From Pirellulales bacterium (lineage in GTDB: Bacteria; Planctomycetota; Planctomycetia; Pirellulales; PALSA-1355): a stretch of 64,000 nt of DNA. Where the stretch lies: the NCBI GenBank assembly GCA_963733035.1, contig CAVTBU010000006.1, positions 832,001 through 896,000 of the forward strand, read 5' to 3'. The stretch's first letter is position 1; the number at the start of each line of letters is the position of its first letter. Below, in pieces: positions 1 to 10,160 of this stretch. The translations under genes and the position numbers were made by a program. Below the pieces are notes generated by a model that ran no database searches, was not told the DNA's origin, and saw nothing but the letters and a program-made list of their open reading frames with translations.

Positions 1-136
1 GCATACCAGGAATCTCACAACATTACTTTCCTGTTCCGCCAACACGCACGTCCCCGACCCGCTTTCGGTCGACCGCCGATTCTGCCACAATCGGGGCACT
101 TCCGCGCCCAACCTTCATCCCTAAGTCGCTCGCCCC

Positions 137-1327
137 ATGATTGTTGCCGCCGTTACCGAGTCGTTTCCCGGCGAACGCCGCGTGGCCCTCATTCCCGCCT
201 CGGTCGCCACGCTGGTCAAAGCTGGCTGGCAGGTCCGTATCGAAGCCGGGGCAGGGCGGGGGGCCGGTTTCCCAGACCAGCAATACGCCGACAAGGGAGC
301 CCAAATTGTCTCCCGAGTCGAAGCCCTCTCGGCCGATTGTCTGCTGCAAGTCAGGGCCCTCGGCGCCAACCCCGAGGCCGGCAAAGCCGACCTGGCCAAC
401 CTCCGCCAAGGGCAGGTCGTCATTGGCCTCTGCGATCCGCTCGGCCAGCCGGCCGCCGCGCAAGAGTTGGCCGCCACCGGCGTCTCGCTGTTTGCCTTGG
501 AACTCGTGCCGCGGATCAGCCGCGCGCAGGCGATGGACGTGCTCAGCTCGCAGGCGTCGATCGCCGGCTATCGGGCCGTGCTGCTGGCCGCCACCACACT
601 CCCGAAAATCTTCCCCATGATGACCACCGCCGCCGGCACGATCACCCCGGCCAAGGTGTTCATCATTGGCGCGGGCGTTGCCGGTTTGCAGGCGATCGCC
701 ACGGCGCGGCGGCTGGGGGCCGTCGTCTCGGCCTACGACGTGCGGCCGGCCGTCAAGGAACAGGTGCAAAGCCTGGGAGCGAAGTTCATCGAGATGAAAC
801 TCGAAGCCGGCGCCGCAGAAGGTGCCGGCGGCTATGCCAAAGCGATGGACGAGGAGTTCTACCGCAAGCAGCGCGAGTTGATGCTGGAAGTCGTGGCTCA
901 AAACGACGTGGTAATCACCACCGCCGCCATCCCCGGCAAAAAAGCCCCCACGCTGGTCACCGCCGAAATGGTCGAGGCGATGCCCCCGGGCTCGGTCATC
1001 GTCGACCTGGCCGCCGAGCGCGGCGGCAACTGCGAACTGACCAAGCCGGGCGAAACTATCGTCACCAGCGACGTCAGCATCCTCGGCCCCACGAATCTCC
1101 CCTCCGAAGTCCCCAACCACGCCAGCCAGATGTTCGCCAAGAACGTCACCACGCTGCTCGCGCACCTCACCAAAGATGGCCAGTGGAACATCGACACCAG
1201 CGACGAAATCACCCGCGACACGCTAGTCGCCAAAGACGGCCAGGTTGTGAACCAGGCCGTGCGCGATCTGCTGGGCCTCAAGCCGCCGGAAAAGGACTGG
1301 ATGGAAGGGGCGATTGAGCTGGAGTGA
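137..1327 (+). CDS. pntAA: NAD(P) transhydrogenase subunit alpha, part 1 (dI)
   Basis: ERRVAL N-terminus, RISRAQAMDVLSSQ, GAGVAGLQAI Rossmann motif, GGYAK, DLAAERGGNCE. Confidence 0.95.
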   Translation: MIVAAVTESFPGERRVALIPASVATLVKAGWQVRIEAGAGRGAGFPDQQYADKGAQIVSRVEALSADCLLQVRALGANPEAGKADLANLRQGQVVIGLCDPLGQPAAAQELAATGVSLFALELVPRISRAQAMDVLSSQASIAGYRAVLLAATTLPKIFPMMTTAAGTITPAKVFIIGAGVAGLQAIATARRLGAVVSAYDVRPAVKEQVQSLGAKFIEMKLEAGAAEGAGGYAKAMDEEFYRKQRELMLEVVAQNDVVITTAAIPGKKAPTLVTAEMVEAMPPGSVIVDLAAERGGNCELTKPGETIVTSDVSILGPTNLPSEVPNHASQMFAKNVTTLLAHLTKDGQWNIDTSDEITRDTLVAKDGQVVNQAVRDLLGLKPPEKDWMEGAIELE

Positions 1328-1656
1328 GGGGCAGTCGATGTGACCGCGCCTCAAGCCACGAAGCGGAGCTCGATTGATATCCAGGCCTGGCGACCGAATA
1401 TCTCATTCTCCAGCCCCAGTGCGCAACAGTCGCTTCTGTTTTTCCGTGTGCCGACAGTCGTTTCATTGCCGCTCGGCCAGACAGGTGGGCCACTCGGCTT
1501 CGCTGATCACCGTCGTGCGTGCTGGCGACAAGACCTACGGAGTATCTGACACCTCCCCACCGTTTCACCCACTTCCGCTAGAATAAAACTGGCGAACCTG
1601 CCGGCGTTTTGTGGAGTCACTGTTCAATGCTCTAAACCGCGTCGGAGTTTCAAGTC

Positions 1657-3108
1657 ATGGCCTTCTGGCAAAATTTGTTGTGGGTGCTTGTGCCGCTGGC
1701 GATCGGCGTTGGCGTCGGACCTTTGGTGTGGCGCTTCGTCAGTTCGCGCCGCCGTCGGCGGCGTCTGGAACGCATCGCGGATCTGTTGGATCGTCACTTT
1801 CATCCGCTGGATATCGAATCGCTGACGGTCTCCGAACGAACCTTTCCGTTTCGCGTGCGGGCTGACCTGCAGCAGGCCGTCGACAAGCTGTTCGCGCAGG
1901 ATGTCCGTATTGTTCGCTTCTGTGGTGTGAAGAAGGAGTATTGGATGGGCGGATTGGACTTTGCCGGCCTGCTCGCCGATGAGCACTCCCCGGCGTTGGC
2001 TGCTCCGCCGCAGTACGAACAAATCGACATTGGCGAGGAGGAGCCGGTCAACTGTCTGAAGAATGGACTCTGGCTGCTCGCCCGTGGCCAGGAGCGCTAC
2101 GCCGTGGTCGTCTCTGCGCAAGAGCGTCATAACGAGGAGCCGGGGCTACGGTTTCACGTGGCCACGGCCAACACCGACGCCGGCACGAGCCTCGCGCAGG
2201 CCTTCTACAAGCACCTCGAAGACTCGGTGCTGAAGGCCCAGTCGTATCGCGGCAAGATTCTGTCGCTCGAGACCAAGCGGTCGTATTTCGGCGAAGCGTC
2301 GGGCATCACCGTGCATCGCTTGCGTACGGTCGAGCGCGAGCAGGTCATCCTGCCCGAAAAGACGCTCGAACTGCTCGAACGCAACGTCATCCAGTTCGTC
2401 GGCCGCCGAGATCGATTGCGTCAGCTTGGCCAGTCGACCAAGAAGGGTCTGTTGTTCTACGGTCCGCCTGGCACCGGCAAAACACACACAATTCATTACC
2501 TGGCACGGGCGCTTAAGGGGCATACGACGTTATTGATTTCGTCGGAGCAGGTTGGCGTGCTCACCGAGTACATGGCGCTGGCCCGGCTGCTGCAGCCAAG
2601 CGTGGTAGTGATCGAAGACGCCGACCTGATCGCCCGCGACCGCGAAGCGATGGGCAGTCCTTGCGAAGAAGCCTTACTCAACCGGCTGCTCAACGAGATG
2701 GACGGCCTCAAGGAGGACGCCGACATTCTGTTCGTGCTGACCACCAATCGCCCCGAGACGCTAGAACGCGCGCTGGCCTCGCGGCCGGGCCGGGTTGACC
2801 AGGCGATCGAGTTTCCCGTGCCCGATGAAGCAGGGCGCGAAAAGCTCGTACGGCTCTATTCGCAGGGCGTGTCGCTAGGCGAGCCGGTGATGCGCGACGT
2901 CGTACGGCGCACCGAAGGTGTCAGCGCCGCCTTTATCAAGGAACTCATGCGGCGCTCGGTGCAGTTCCACCTGGAACGGGCCGACTCCGGCGAGATCGAA
3001 CAACTGGACGTGGATCGGGCGCTCGACGAGCTGCTGGTCAGTGGAGGCGCGCTCAATGCCACACTGTTGGCCGCGGGGACCAACGGGACAGCTTGCGTGG
3101 TGACGTAG
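1657..3108 (+). CDS. AAA+ ATPase with N-terminal membrane anchor
   Basis: N-terminal hydrophobic helix then poly-Arg; Walker A GPPGTGKT, Walker B VVVIED, SRH TTNRPETLERALASRPGRVD. Confidence 0.9.
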   Translation: MAFWQNLLWVLVPLAIGVGVGPLVWRFVSSRRRRRRLERIADLLDRHFHPLDIESLTVSERTFPFRVRADLQQAVDKLFAQDVRIVRFCGVKKEYWMGGLDFAGLLADEHSPALAAPPQYEQIDIGEEEPVNCLKNGLWLLARGQERYAVVVSAQERHNEEPGLRFHVATANTDAGTSLAQAFYKHLEDSVLKAQSYRGKILSLETKRSYFGEASGITVHRLRTVEREQVILPEKTLELLERNVIQFVGRRDRLRQLGQSTKKGLLFYGPPGTGKTHTIHYLARALKGHTTLLISSEQVGVLTEYMALARLLQPSVVVIEDADLIARDREAMGSPCEEALLNRLLNEMDGLKEDADILFVLTTNRPETLERALASRPGRVDQAIEFPVPDEAGREKLVRLYSQGVSLGEPVMRDVVRRTEGVSAAFIKELMRRSVQFHLERADSGEIEQLDVDRALDELLVSGGALNATLLAAGTNGTACVVT

Positions 3109-3166
3109 CTCGCTTGGCCGTTCCACGCGCCGTCGGCGCCTCCTCCGGGCTAAACGCTGCGGCGCG

Positions 3167-4651
3167 CTAAAGCGTTTTCACTTCCGCCACGAGCTTGGTG
3201 AGCGAGCTCTTGGCGTCGCCGAACAACAGCGAGCACTTGGGGTCGTAGAACAGTTCGTTCTCGATGCCGGCAAACCCGGGGTTCATGCTCCGCTTCAGCA
3301 CAATCACGCTCTTGGCCTGGTCGGCGTTCAGGATCGGCATGCCGTAGATTGGGCTCGAGCGGTCGTTGCGCGCGGCTGGGTTTACCACGTCGTTGGCGCC
3401 GATGACCAGCGCCACGTCGGCCCGGGCGAATTGGTCGTTGATCTCGTCCATCTCGAGCATCTTGTCATATGGCACGTTGGCTTCGGCCAATAGCACGTTC
3501 ATGTGTCCCGGCATGCGGCCGGCCACCGGATGGATGGCGAACTTCACGTCGCCGCCCCGCTTTTCGATCAGCTCGGCCAGCTCGCGCACCTGGTGCTGGG
3601 CCTGCGCCACGGCCATCCCGTAGCCGGGCACGACGATCACTTCGCCGGCGTAGGCCAACTGCGCCGCGGCGTCCTCGACCGACAGGCTGCGCACCGTCAT
3701 GCCGGCCATCGACGCTTTGTCGCCCGACTCCACCGGCGTGCCAAACGCGCCGAACAACACGTTGGTAAACGAGCGGTTCATCGCCTTGCTCATCAAGATC
3801 GACAGGATGAAACCGCTCGCCCCGTCGAGCGCTCCGGCGATGATCAGCACGTTGTTCCCCAGTGCAAAACCGGTGGCCGAGGCCGCCAGTCCGGCGTACG
3901 AGTTCATCAGCGAAATCACGACCGGCATGTCGGCCCCGCCGATCGGTATCACCAGCAGCACGCCGACGGCCAGCCCGGCGAGCACCATCAGATAGAACAC
4001 CGTGGCGTGCGAACCCCAGTCGCTGGGGGCAAAAATCAGATACAGAAACATCAACGCCGTCACGCAGAACAGCCCGATGGTGAATTCGTTTTGGCGCGGG
4101 TACGTAATCGGCGCGCTGGGCAACAGCCCTTGCAGTTTGCCGAACGCCATCAAGCTGCCGGTGATGGTGAGCGAGCCGAACATCACTTCGAACCCCAGCG
4201 CCGCCATTTCGATGTGGCCGACGCCCTCGGCCAGGATGCGGGTTAAATAGTCGTAATGTGAAATGCCGACCAGCGTCGCGGCCAGCGCGCCAAATGCGTG
4301 CGAAATGGCGGTTCGCTGCGGAATGGCCGTCATCGGCATCCAGATGGAAATCGCCGCCCCGATGCCCGAGCCCAGAATCAAGCCCAGGATGATCCAGATA
4401 TAGCTGATAATCCGGGCGTCGATCAGTGTGCCGACCACGGCCACCAGCATGCCGATGGCGGCCAGTTGCATGCCGCGCCGCGCCTTGTCCGGAGCGGTCA
4501 GGCCGCGCAGCCCCAGAATGAACAGCACGCTGGCGGTGAGGTAGGCGCCCTGAATGAACACCTCGCGAAGGCCGTGGTTTTCGGCCGCGTGCTGCGCGGC
4601 AGTGGGGGCGGCTGCGAGGATTCTTTCGAGCACTGCGAGGGTCGTCGGCAT
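3167..4651 (-). CDS. pntB: NAD(P) transhydrogenase subunit beta
   Basis: IGGADMPVVISLMNSYAG, VPGYGMAVAQAQH, HPVAGRMPGHMNVLLAEA, GANDVVNPAA. Confidence 0.97.
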   Translation of the reverse strand: MPTTLAVLERILAAAPTAAQHAAENHGLREVFIQGAYLTASVLFILGLRGLTAPDKARRGMQLAAIGMLVAVVGTLIDARIISYIWIILGLILGSGIGAAISIWMPMTAIPQRTAISHAFGALAATLVGISHYDYLTRILAEGVGHIEMAALGFEVMFGSLTITGSLMAFGKLQGLLPSAPITYPRQNEFTIGLFCVTALMFLYLIFAPSDWGSHATVFYLMVLAGLAVGVLLVIPIGGADMPVVISLMNSYAGLAASATGFALGNNVLIIAGALDGASGFILSILMSKAMNRSFTNVLFGAFGTPVESGDKASMAGMTVRSLSVEDAAAQLAYAGEVIVVPGYGMAVAQAQHQVRELAELIEKRGGDVKFAIHPVAGRMPGHMNVLLAEANVPYDKMLEMDEINDQFARADVALVIGANDVVNPAARNDRSSPIYGMPILNADQAKSVIVLKRSMNPGFAGIENELFYDPKCSLLFGDAKSSLTKLVAEVKTL

Positions 4652-4941
4652 CAGCTTTTTCGTTCGTAGCGTTTGAACATTTTGAGCATGCGGTCGGTAA
4701 TCATGAAGCCGCCGACAACGTTGATCGTGGCCGCCGTCACGGCCACGAAGCCCAGAAAGGTGCTGTAACCGCTATGCTGGGCGCCGGCCGCCACCAGCGA
4801 ACCGACGAGCGAAATGCCGCTAATGGCGTTGGTCGCCGACATCAGCGGCGTGTGCAACAGGGCCGGCACCTTCGTGATGATCTGATAGCCGACAAACCCG
4901 GCCAGCACGAAGACATACAGCCGCAAAAACGGCAGCGTCAT
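4651..4941 (-). CDS. pntAB: NAD(P) transhydrogenase subunit alpha, part 2
   Basis: LHTPLMSATNAISG and NVVGGFMITDRMLKMF; ATG at 4941 with GAGGAG upstream; stop overlaps pntB start (TGATG). Confidence 0.93.
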   Translation of the reverse strand: MTLPFLRLYVFVLAGFVGYQIITKVPALLHTPLMSATNAISGISLVGSLVAAGAQHSGYSTFLGFVAVTAATINVVGGFMITDRMLKMFKRYERKS

Positions 4942-5500
4942 CGAGGATGTCTCCTCGGCGGCCGCCAACAGGTTTGCATTGACCAGCGTTTCGATCACGT
5001 GCACCGGGGACCTCGTGGTGGGCAATTTCGGAGTGCAGGTGCGAGCAATGCTACCCCGTGCAGTGTGCCGGTGACAAGGGGGAGCCTGCCCACGCGGTCC
5101 GTCTACCGAGTCGCTGCCGTTGCTCGGGTACCGGTGCGCTACAACGATTGCATTTGTATTTCTATGTCTGGTCGTTCATGGCGCGGGCAAGCGTCGACCT
5201 GATCCCCTGCATCATGCGATGGCTCAATCGCCAGATTATTTCCGCCGACGGTTCGTCGCGTCCCCAGCACCTGGTTGCCCTAAATGCTTTTCGAACTCAG
5301 CCCGTGCCCCGACAACCCCACGCGGTATTTGTGGTGGAGCTTTAAGGTGCGTCGCGAGCTGCGGAAGTTGCCGCGGGCAGCCGAGCGGCACGTGGCTCGA
5401 CTGAGCTCGAAGTTTTTTCTTGACGTTCAAGTAACCGCTCACTAGGGTACCAATAGTCGTTATCCCGAGCGGCTTTTGTTGGCATCGTCGAGAAGGTTCC

Positions 5501-6427
5501 ATGTCGCTAACTGTCCGCTTCATTCTCGGAAGCCTCGTTTTGATTGTCGCCATCGTGCTCGCCAAGCCTGCCGCGGCACTCACGTTCGACACGATTGACT
5601 ATCCCGGATCGACCAGCACCCAGGTCTCTGGTATTTCCGGGAGCACCGTGGTGGGTAGCTACAAAGACTCTTCCAGCGTCTTGCACGGTTTTGTTTACGA
5701 CGGCTCATCGTTCACAACCATCGACTATCCGGGGGCAGTGAGCAGCGGACTGGGCGACATTTACGGCGGTACCATTGTCGGTGGCTATCGAGATGCGACC
5801 GGCAAATCACATGGGTTCCTGTACAATGGCGCGACGTTTACGCCCGTCGACGTCCCGGGTCAAACAGGTTCGTTTGGAGGAACTTCCGCGCGGGGCGTAT
5901 TCGGAGGCAACGTTGTCGGATCCTATCAATTCTCCGCGAGCGACTTCAGCCACGGATTTCTGTTCGATGGATTGCAGTACACCACGCTCGACGATCCGTT
6001 GGCTGCACGCGGCACCCTGGCGATAGGCATCTGGGGGAGCGACATCGTGGGCTACTACAAAGACGCCGGCGATCTGGAACACGGTTTCATCTACAACGGG
6101 TCCGCCTACACAACGTTGGACAATCCAATCGCCGTCAAGGGCACGTTTCTGTATGCGACCGACGGCATCCACATTGTCGGTGAGTACCGCGACGTGTCAT
6201 TCCATGAGCATGGTCTTTTTTACAACGGCACATCCTTCACGACCATCGATGTTCCCGGCAGCTCGTCCACGAACGTCACCGGCATTTCGGGCAACATACT
6301 GGTTGGCGTGTATTCGGACTCGACCGGCACCCACGGATACATCACGCAGATCCCGGAGCCAGGCAGCCTGGTGCTGGCCGCGGTGGGTATTGCTGCGCTG
6401 CTGCTCGTTGCCTGGCCGCGGAAGTAG
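5501..6427 (+). CDS. PEP-CTERM surface protein with beta-repeats
   Basis: Signal peptide; repeated IVG.Y...HGF.Y.G..FTT.D.PG units; C-terminal IPEPGS + TM + RK. Confidence 0.88.
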   Translation: MSLTVRFILGSLVLIVAIVLAKPAAALTFDTIDYPGSTSTQVSGISGSTVVGSYKDSSSVLHGFVYDGSSFTTIDYPGAVSSGLGDIYGGTIVGGYRDATGKSHGFLYNGATFTPVDVPGQTGSFGGTSARGVFGGNVVGSYQFSASDFSHGFLFDGLQYTTLDDPLAARGTLAIGIWGSDIVGYYKDAGDLEHGFIYNGSAYTTLDNPIAVKGTFLYATDGIHIVGEYRDVSFHEHGLFYNGTSFTTIDVPGSSSTNVTGISGNILVGVYSDSTGTHGYITQIPEPGSLVLAAVGIAALLLVAWPRK

Positions 6428-6776
6428 AAGCCTGGGTCGGCCGTCGACCTATTGTTGGATCGAACCGCTACCCAGCTTTCCATTTGTTGGCGGCGTTTTG
6501 CCATTCTCGATATACTGAACCGGTTGGCTGATCTGGCCAACGCATTCATCCATCTCTTTTTCGCTGGATCGAGCGGGCGTGAATTTGAGGCGTTCACGCG
6601 GGCGGCTAATCGTGGTCGCCGCATTATTCTGAGGCCGCAGCTTTCTTGCACCTGCGAGGCCGATGGAACAGTTCGCGATTGCGCGAAGGTCTGAAGAAAT
6701 GCCTCCGTGCGTCGCGTCCGGTCCCATCGTCTCGCCTGTCGTCGGAAAAGCTGCACAGGAACAGAGGGAGGATGCG

Positions 6777-8135
6777 ATGCGCAAGTCTACGAGCTACCTG
6801 GTAGGCGGGGCAATTGCCGCTGCGTTGATCGGAGCCTGGGGATACCGCCAGGCAACGCGGCCGTCTCAACCGCCGGCTGAAAACGCGGTCGACGACTCGC
6901 CCGATCTAATTGTCGGTCGGCCGATCCGGTTCAAAAACCTGACGATCTTTCCCGTGGCTTCGAAAGTCGCCAGGAACCAGGACCGCTTCATCACCTTGGC
7001 CGAAGGGCTGGCGTCCGGAAAGGTTCAAGTCTCCGAACTGGGCGCGCGGCCGGCTCGCCAAAGCGAAGATCCTTTCGCGGCCGACGCGGACGTCAGCCAG
7101 GCCGCGGCAAATTCCGAGCCGGCGGACAATCCCTTTGCCGGACCGAACCCGCCGCCAAACGCGCCTGATGACGAGACCGGCTCCGAACAATACGCCGCCA
7201 GCGACGACGTCAATCAGCTGCTGGTGACAAATCGATCTGATGCTCCCTTGTACCTCATGCCCGGCGAGATCATCGTCGGCGGAAACCAGGATCGGGCGAT
7301 TGCCGAGGAACTGATCGTGCCGCCCCATACCGAACGGATGGCCATCCCGGTGTACTGCGTCGAACACGGTCGCTGGGCGTCTCGCTCGCAAGAGGAAACC
7401 ATCGCCTTGGCCGAGCGGCTCTCGGACAATCCGGTTACCTACCCTGCCGCGTCGCTCGTCACTGAGCCGGCAGAGGGCCGATTCTCGGTGGCCGGGGGTT
7501 ATCTCAACAAAACGGGACGCCTGACGGTGCAAGCGGGCAAGGGGCAATCGGAAGTCTGGGACGCAATCAGCAAAGTCAACGCCCAGACCTGGGCTCCCAC
7601 CGACTCCGACGCCTTCACGGCCAACTACACGGCGCCCGAGGTGGCCGACAAGCTTGAGCCCTACACGGCGGCGCTCAAAGAACCGATCGCCAAAACGTCG
7701 CGAGTCGTCGGCGTGATCGTAGCAGTCAACGGCGAGATTCAGGCGGCCGACACCTTCGAGTCGACGCCCCTGTTTCGCAAGCTGTGGCCCAAGTTGCTCG
7801 GCAGCTACGTGCTCGACGCGGTCATGCAGGCCGACGAACAAGACGATCGGGCACCCACTTGCAAAATCGCCCAGGCCGAGACGTTTCTCGACGATGCCAT
7901 GCAGGCCAAAGTCGCCGAATCGACCGACCGCGATGGGCTTGTGACGACGCGCGGCGACGCCGAAGGGCTCGCCAGCTTCTCCCTGCACGAATCGCGGGAC
8001 CACGCGGTCGATAACATGAATGTCACCGCCGCCGAAGCGGGCCAAGGCGCGGGGATGATGGGCGGCATGGGCGGTGGCATGACGGGCGGGGGCAACTTCG
8101 GCAGTGGCGTCCATTCGGCCGCGTTTGCCCGCTAA
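6777..8135 (+). CDS. DUF6569/ARPP-1-like protein with N-terminal anchor
   Basis: NLTIFPV, LYLMPGEIIVGGNQDR, VYCVEHGRW, QSEVW motifs; GGAGG before ATG 6777. Confidence 0.7.
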   Translation: MRKSTSYLVGGAIAAALIGAWGYRQATRPSQPPAENAVDDSPDLIVGRPIRFKNLTIFPVASKVARNQDRFITLAEGLASGKVQVSELGARPARQSEDPFAADADVSQAAANSEPADNPFAGPNPPPNAPDDETGSEQYAASDDVNQLLVTNRSDAPLYLMPGEIIVGGNQDRAIAEELIVPPHTERMAIPVYCVEHGRWASRSQEETIALAERLSDNPVTYPAASLVTEPAEGRFSVAGGYLNKTGRLTVQAGKGQSEVWDAISKVNAQTWAPTDSDAFTANYTAPEVADKLEPYTAALKEPIAKTSRVVGVIVAVNGEIQAADTFESTPLFRKLWPKLLGSYVLDAVMQADEQDDRAPTCKIAQAETFLDDAMQAKVAESTDRDGLVTTRGDAEGLASFSLHESRDHAVDNMNVTAAEAGQGAGMMGGMGGGMTGGGNFGSGVHSAAFAR

Positions 8136-8260
8136 CGTCAGTCGCCAATTTGAACCGATGCTTCGCAGCGCCGCGGGCGGTCAACCACCCGCCCGCGGCT
8201 CCGCACACCTGATTCAATTTACGTACATTTCAAGGCGTTGCGTTTATTTGGGACGAGGCG

Positions 8261-8707
8261 ATGGCTGGCAATTCGTCGAACCATGATTCGAACAACGGGG
8301 ACGGGCGACCGCCCTTTGAGAGTGAGGCAATTTCGGGTGACGAGGGGCCGCTCCGCGACACGATGAGGCGGTTGGTGCTCGTTCTGCTCGAGGAAGCCGT
8401 CGCACGAGCCTACGATCGGATTGTTGTCGTACAGGGCGAAACCGGTTGTCCTGTGCACTTTCTACGCGGCGACGAGTCCCTGGAGATGGACGCATTGCCG
8501 AGCAGACTATTTGGCGAGTTCGAAGCGCAAGTTGCACGCATGTGCGGCCGCGAAGTTGGCCCTGGACAAGGTACATTCACGACATGCTTGAAGAAGACCG
8601 AAACCTCGGCGAAAGCTTTCGCGCGAGTCCGAGTCTCGGTGGTCTTCGATGGTTCGAGCCTGCGGTTTACGATCACGGAAGTCGAGCGGCAGTCCGCCGA
8701 GCTCTGA
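8261..8707 (+). CDS. hypothetical protein resembling an isolated GspE/PilB N2 domain
   Basis: LVLVLLEEAVARAYDRIVV...LPSRLF...VARMCG...GQGTF...VRVS pattern; no ATPase motifs. Confidence 0.55.
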   Translation: MAGNSSNHDSNNGDGRPPFESEAISGDEGPLRDTMRRLVLVLLEEAVARAYDRIVVVQGETGCPVHFLRGDESLEMDALPSRLFGEFEAQVARMCGREVGPGQGTFTTCLKKTETSAKAFARVRVSVVFDGSSLRFTITEVERQSAEL

Positions 8708-8835
8708 TCCCTCCGCTCCTCATGGCTTCTCCCGCAACTCCGCGTTTCCTTTCTGATTTCCGCCCGCTTCCGTGGTAACATTTCTCTCTGTTGGCAACCT
8801 GTCCGTTCCTCATGCCGTTTGCTGGTGCCGTTTTG

Positions 8836-8962
8836 ATGAACGCGACCTTGCGCAACACCAGCCCGGCCGATCTGCCGGCGATTAATGACATCTATACCTA
8901 CTACGTGCTGTATTCCACCTGCACCTACTGGCTCGAGGCCGAGACGCTGGCCGACCGCCAGG
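8836..8962 (+). pseudogene. GNAT (phosphinothricin acetyltransferase-like) N-terminal fragment
   Basis: MNATLRNTSPADLPAINDIYTYYVLYSTCTY...TLADRQ, then runs into the antisense of a transposase. Confidence 0.75.
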
Positions 8963-8982
8963 TCTATTCTGCTGCTGCCAAG

Positions 8983-9678
8983 TCAGTCGCCGGGGCCCTT
9001 CTTGGGCCGGCCGCGGGGGCGGAAGGTGGATTCGAGGTGGAGCTGCCCGGCGGCCTTGCGCTGCCAGGCGTCGCTGCCGTAGGGGCGGCCGCGGCGGATG
9101 CTTTCGGCGATGGCTTGCACCTCGGCCTCGGTCTGCGGCCGGTTGACGCGCTCGACCCACTTGCGGCCCAGCGGCACCGGCGGCTCGGCCAGCGGGATCA
9201 CGGCCGACTCTGGGCCAACGCCCCCCGGCAGCCGCTGATGCAGGCTTCCCCAGGGATAATCCTCCGCACGCTTTACCAGCCGGGCGCGCAGCGGATTCCG
9301 TTCGACGTAGCGGAGCACCCTCAGCAGGTGCTCATCGCTGGCGACGGGAAAGGACTTGAAGCGGCCCTGGTAGACGTGCCCCATGCCGGCCGTGCCATGG
9401 TGGGCGTGCCAGCGCTGGGCGTGCGTGATCGAGAGCCAGCGGAAGAAGTCCGACACCTGCTCCCCCTGGCCCCGCATGGGCCAGACGACGAAGTGCCAAT
9501 GGTTGTTCATCACGACGTAGCCGAGAATCCGCAGCGGCACACGCTCATGGGCAGCGGCCACAATCTCCTCGAAGGCCGCGAAGTCGGCCGCTTTGCGAAA
9601 TAGTCGCAATCGGCCGTTGGCCCGATTGAGGATATGATAAACATATCCGCCCAGAAGCGTGCGAGCAGTGCGAGGCAT
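8983..9678 (-). mobile_element. HUH/Y1 tyrosine transposase (RAYT-like), copy 1
   Basis: MPRTAR, YHILNRAN, HUH in MNNHWH, YQGRFKS, RYVERNP, C-terminal RGRPKK. Confidence 0.93.
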
Positions 9679-9685
9679 GTCGCCC

Positions 9686-9714
9686 ATCGTACCGCCCACA
9701 CCGCCCGTCGGCAA
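9686..9714 (-). promoter_or_regulatory. sigma70-like promoter of RAYT copy 1, near-leaderless
   Basis: TTGCCG-N17-TACGAT, 7 nt before ATG. Confidence 0.55.
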
Positions 9715-9717
9715 GAG

Positions 9718-9746
9718 AAAAGGTTCACGTCCCCTTTAATTACTCC
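9718..9746 (-). repeat. terminal repeat of RAYT copy 1 (GGAGTAATTAAAGGGGACGTGAACCTTTT)
   Basis: Inverted match (1 mismatch in 29 nt) to 14647-14675. Confidence 0.85.
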
Positions 9747-9796
9747 CCGCGAAAAACAGGGTATCTGAAACCCTTAACGTCTAATAGAGGTCACAA

Positions 9797-9964
9797 ATGC
9801 GCATCTACTTGTGCGGCGCCATCGACAAGGCGCCTGACGGCGGGGTCGGCTGGCGTCGGGCACTGACCGCCCGGCTGGCCGGGCACGAAGTCCTGGACCC
9901 CACGACGAAGCCCTCGCAGGGGCTCGCCGCCATGGCTAAGGCTGCCCTTGCGGCTAATAGGTGA
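9797..9964 (+). pseudogene. nucleoside 2-deoxyribosyltransferase-like N-terminal fragment (55 aa)
   Basis: Hand-translated MRIYLCGAIDKAPDGGVGWRRALTARLAGHEVLDPT...; AGAGG RBS; too short for the full fold. Confidence 0.55.
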
Positions 9965-10021
9965 AGTTAGATTTTCCCTGCCGTATTGCCTTGCGCAGCC
10001 TCTCGGCTTGCTTCGCGAATC

Positions 10022-10050
10022 TTGACACGACTTAAGGGGCAGCTTTTAAT
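10022..10050 (+). promoter_or_regulatory. sigma70-like promoter
   Basis: TTGACA-N17-TTTAAT. Confidence 0.55.
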
Positions 10051-10080
10051 GTGCATTCGTCCCTAAACCTCCGACGAGTC

Positions 10081-10160
10081 CGCCGCTGAAACGCCGTCCA
10101 ACTGCTTTCCTCCCATTGCCGCTTTCGCGGCGCGAGGTTGCAGTTGAGCGGCGTTTTTTT
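10081..10160 (+). promoter_or_regulatory. structured leader / terminator-like hairpin
   Basis: AAACGCCG..CAACTGC pairs with GCAGTTG..CGGCGTTT, inner GCCGC-TTTC-GCGGC, followed by T7. Confidence 0.55.

Noticed and set aside
23..1165. Long antisense ORFs (also 6906-8114, 51179-52345, 54005-54901, 61383-62687)
   Set aside because: Shadow ORFs opposite well-supported genes in GC-rich DNA
5219..5404. Small CxxC...CxxC ORF
   Set aside because: No RBS or family support; too weak to call
8791..9603. 270-aa ORF as a real gene
   Set aside because: It is a GNAT stub read through into the antisense strand of the RAYT gene
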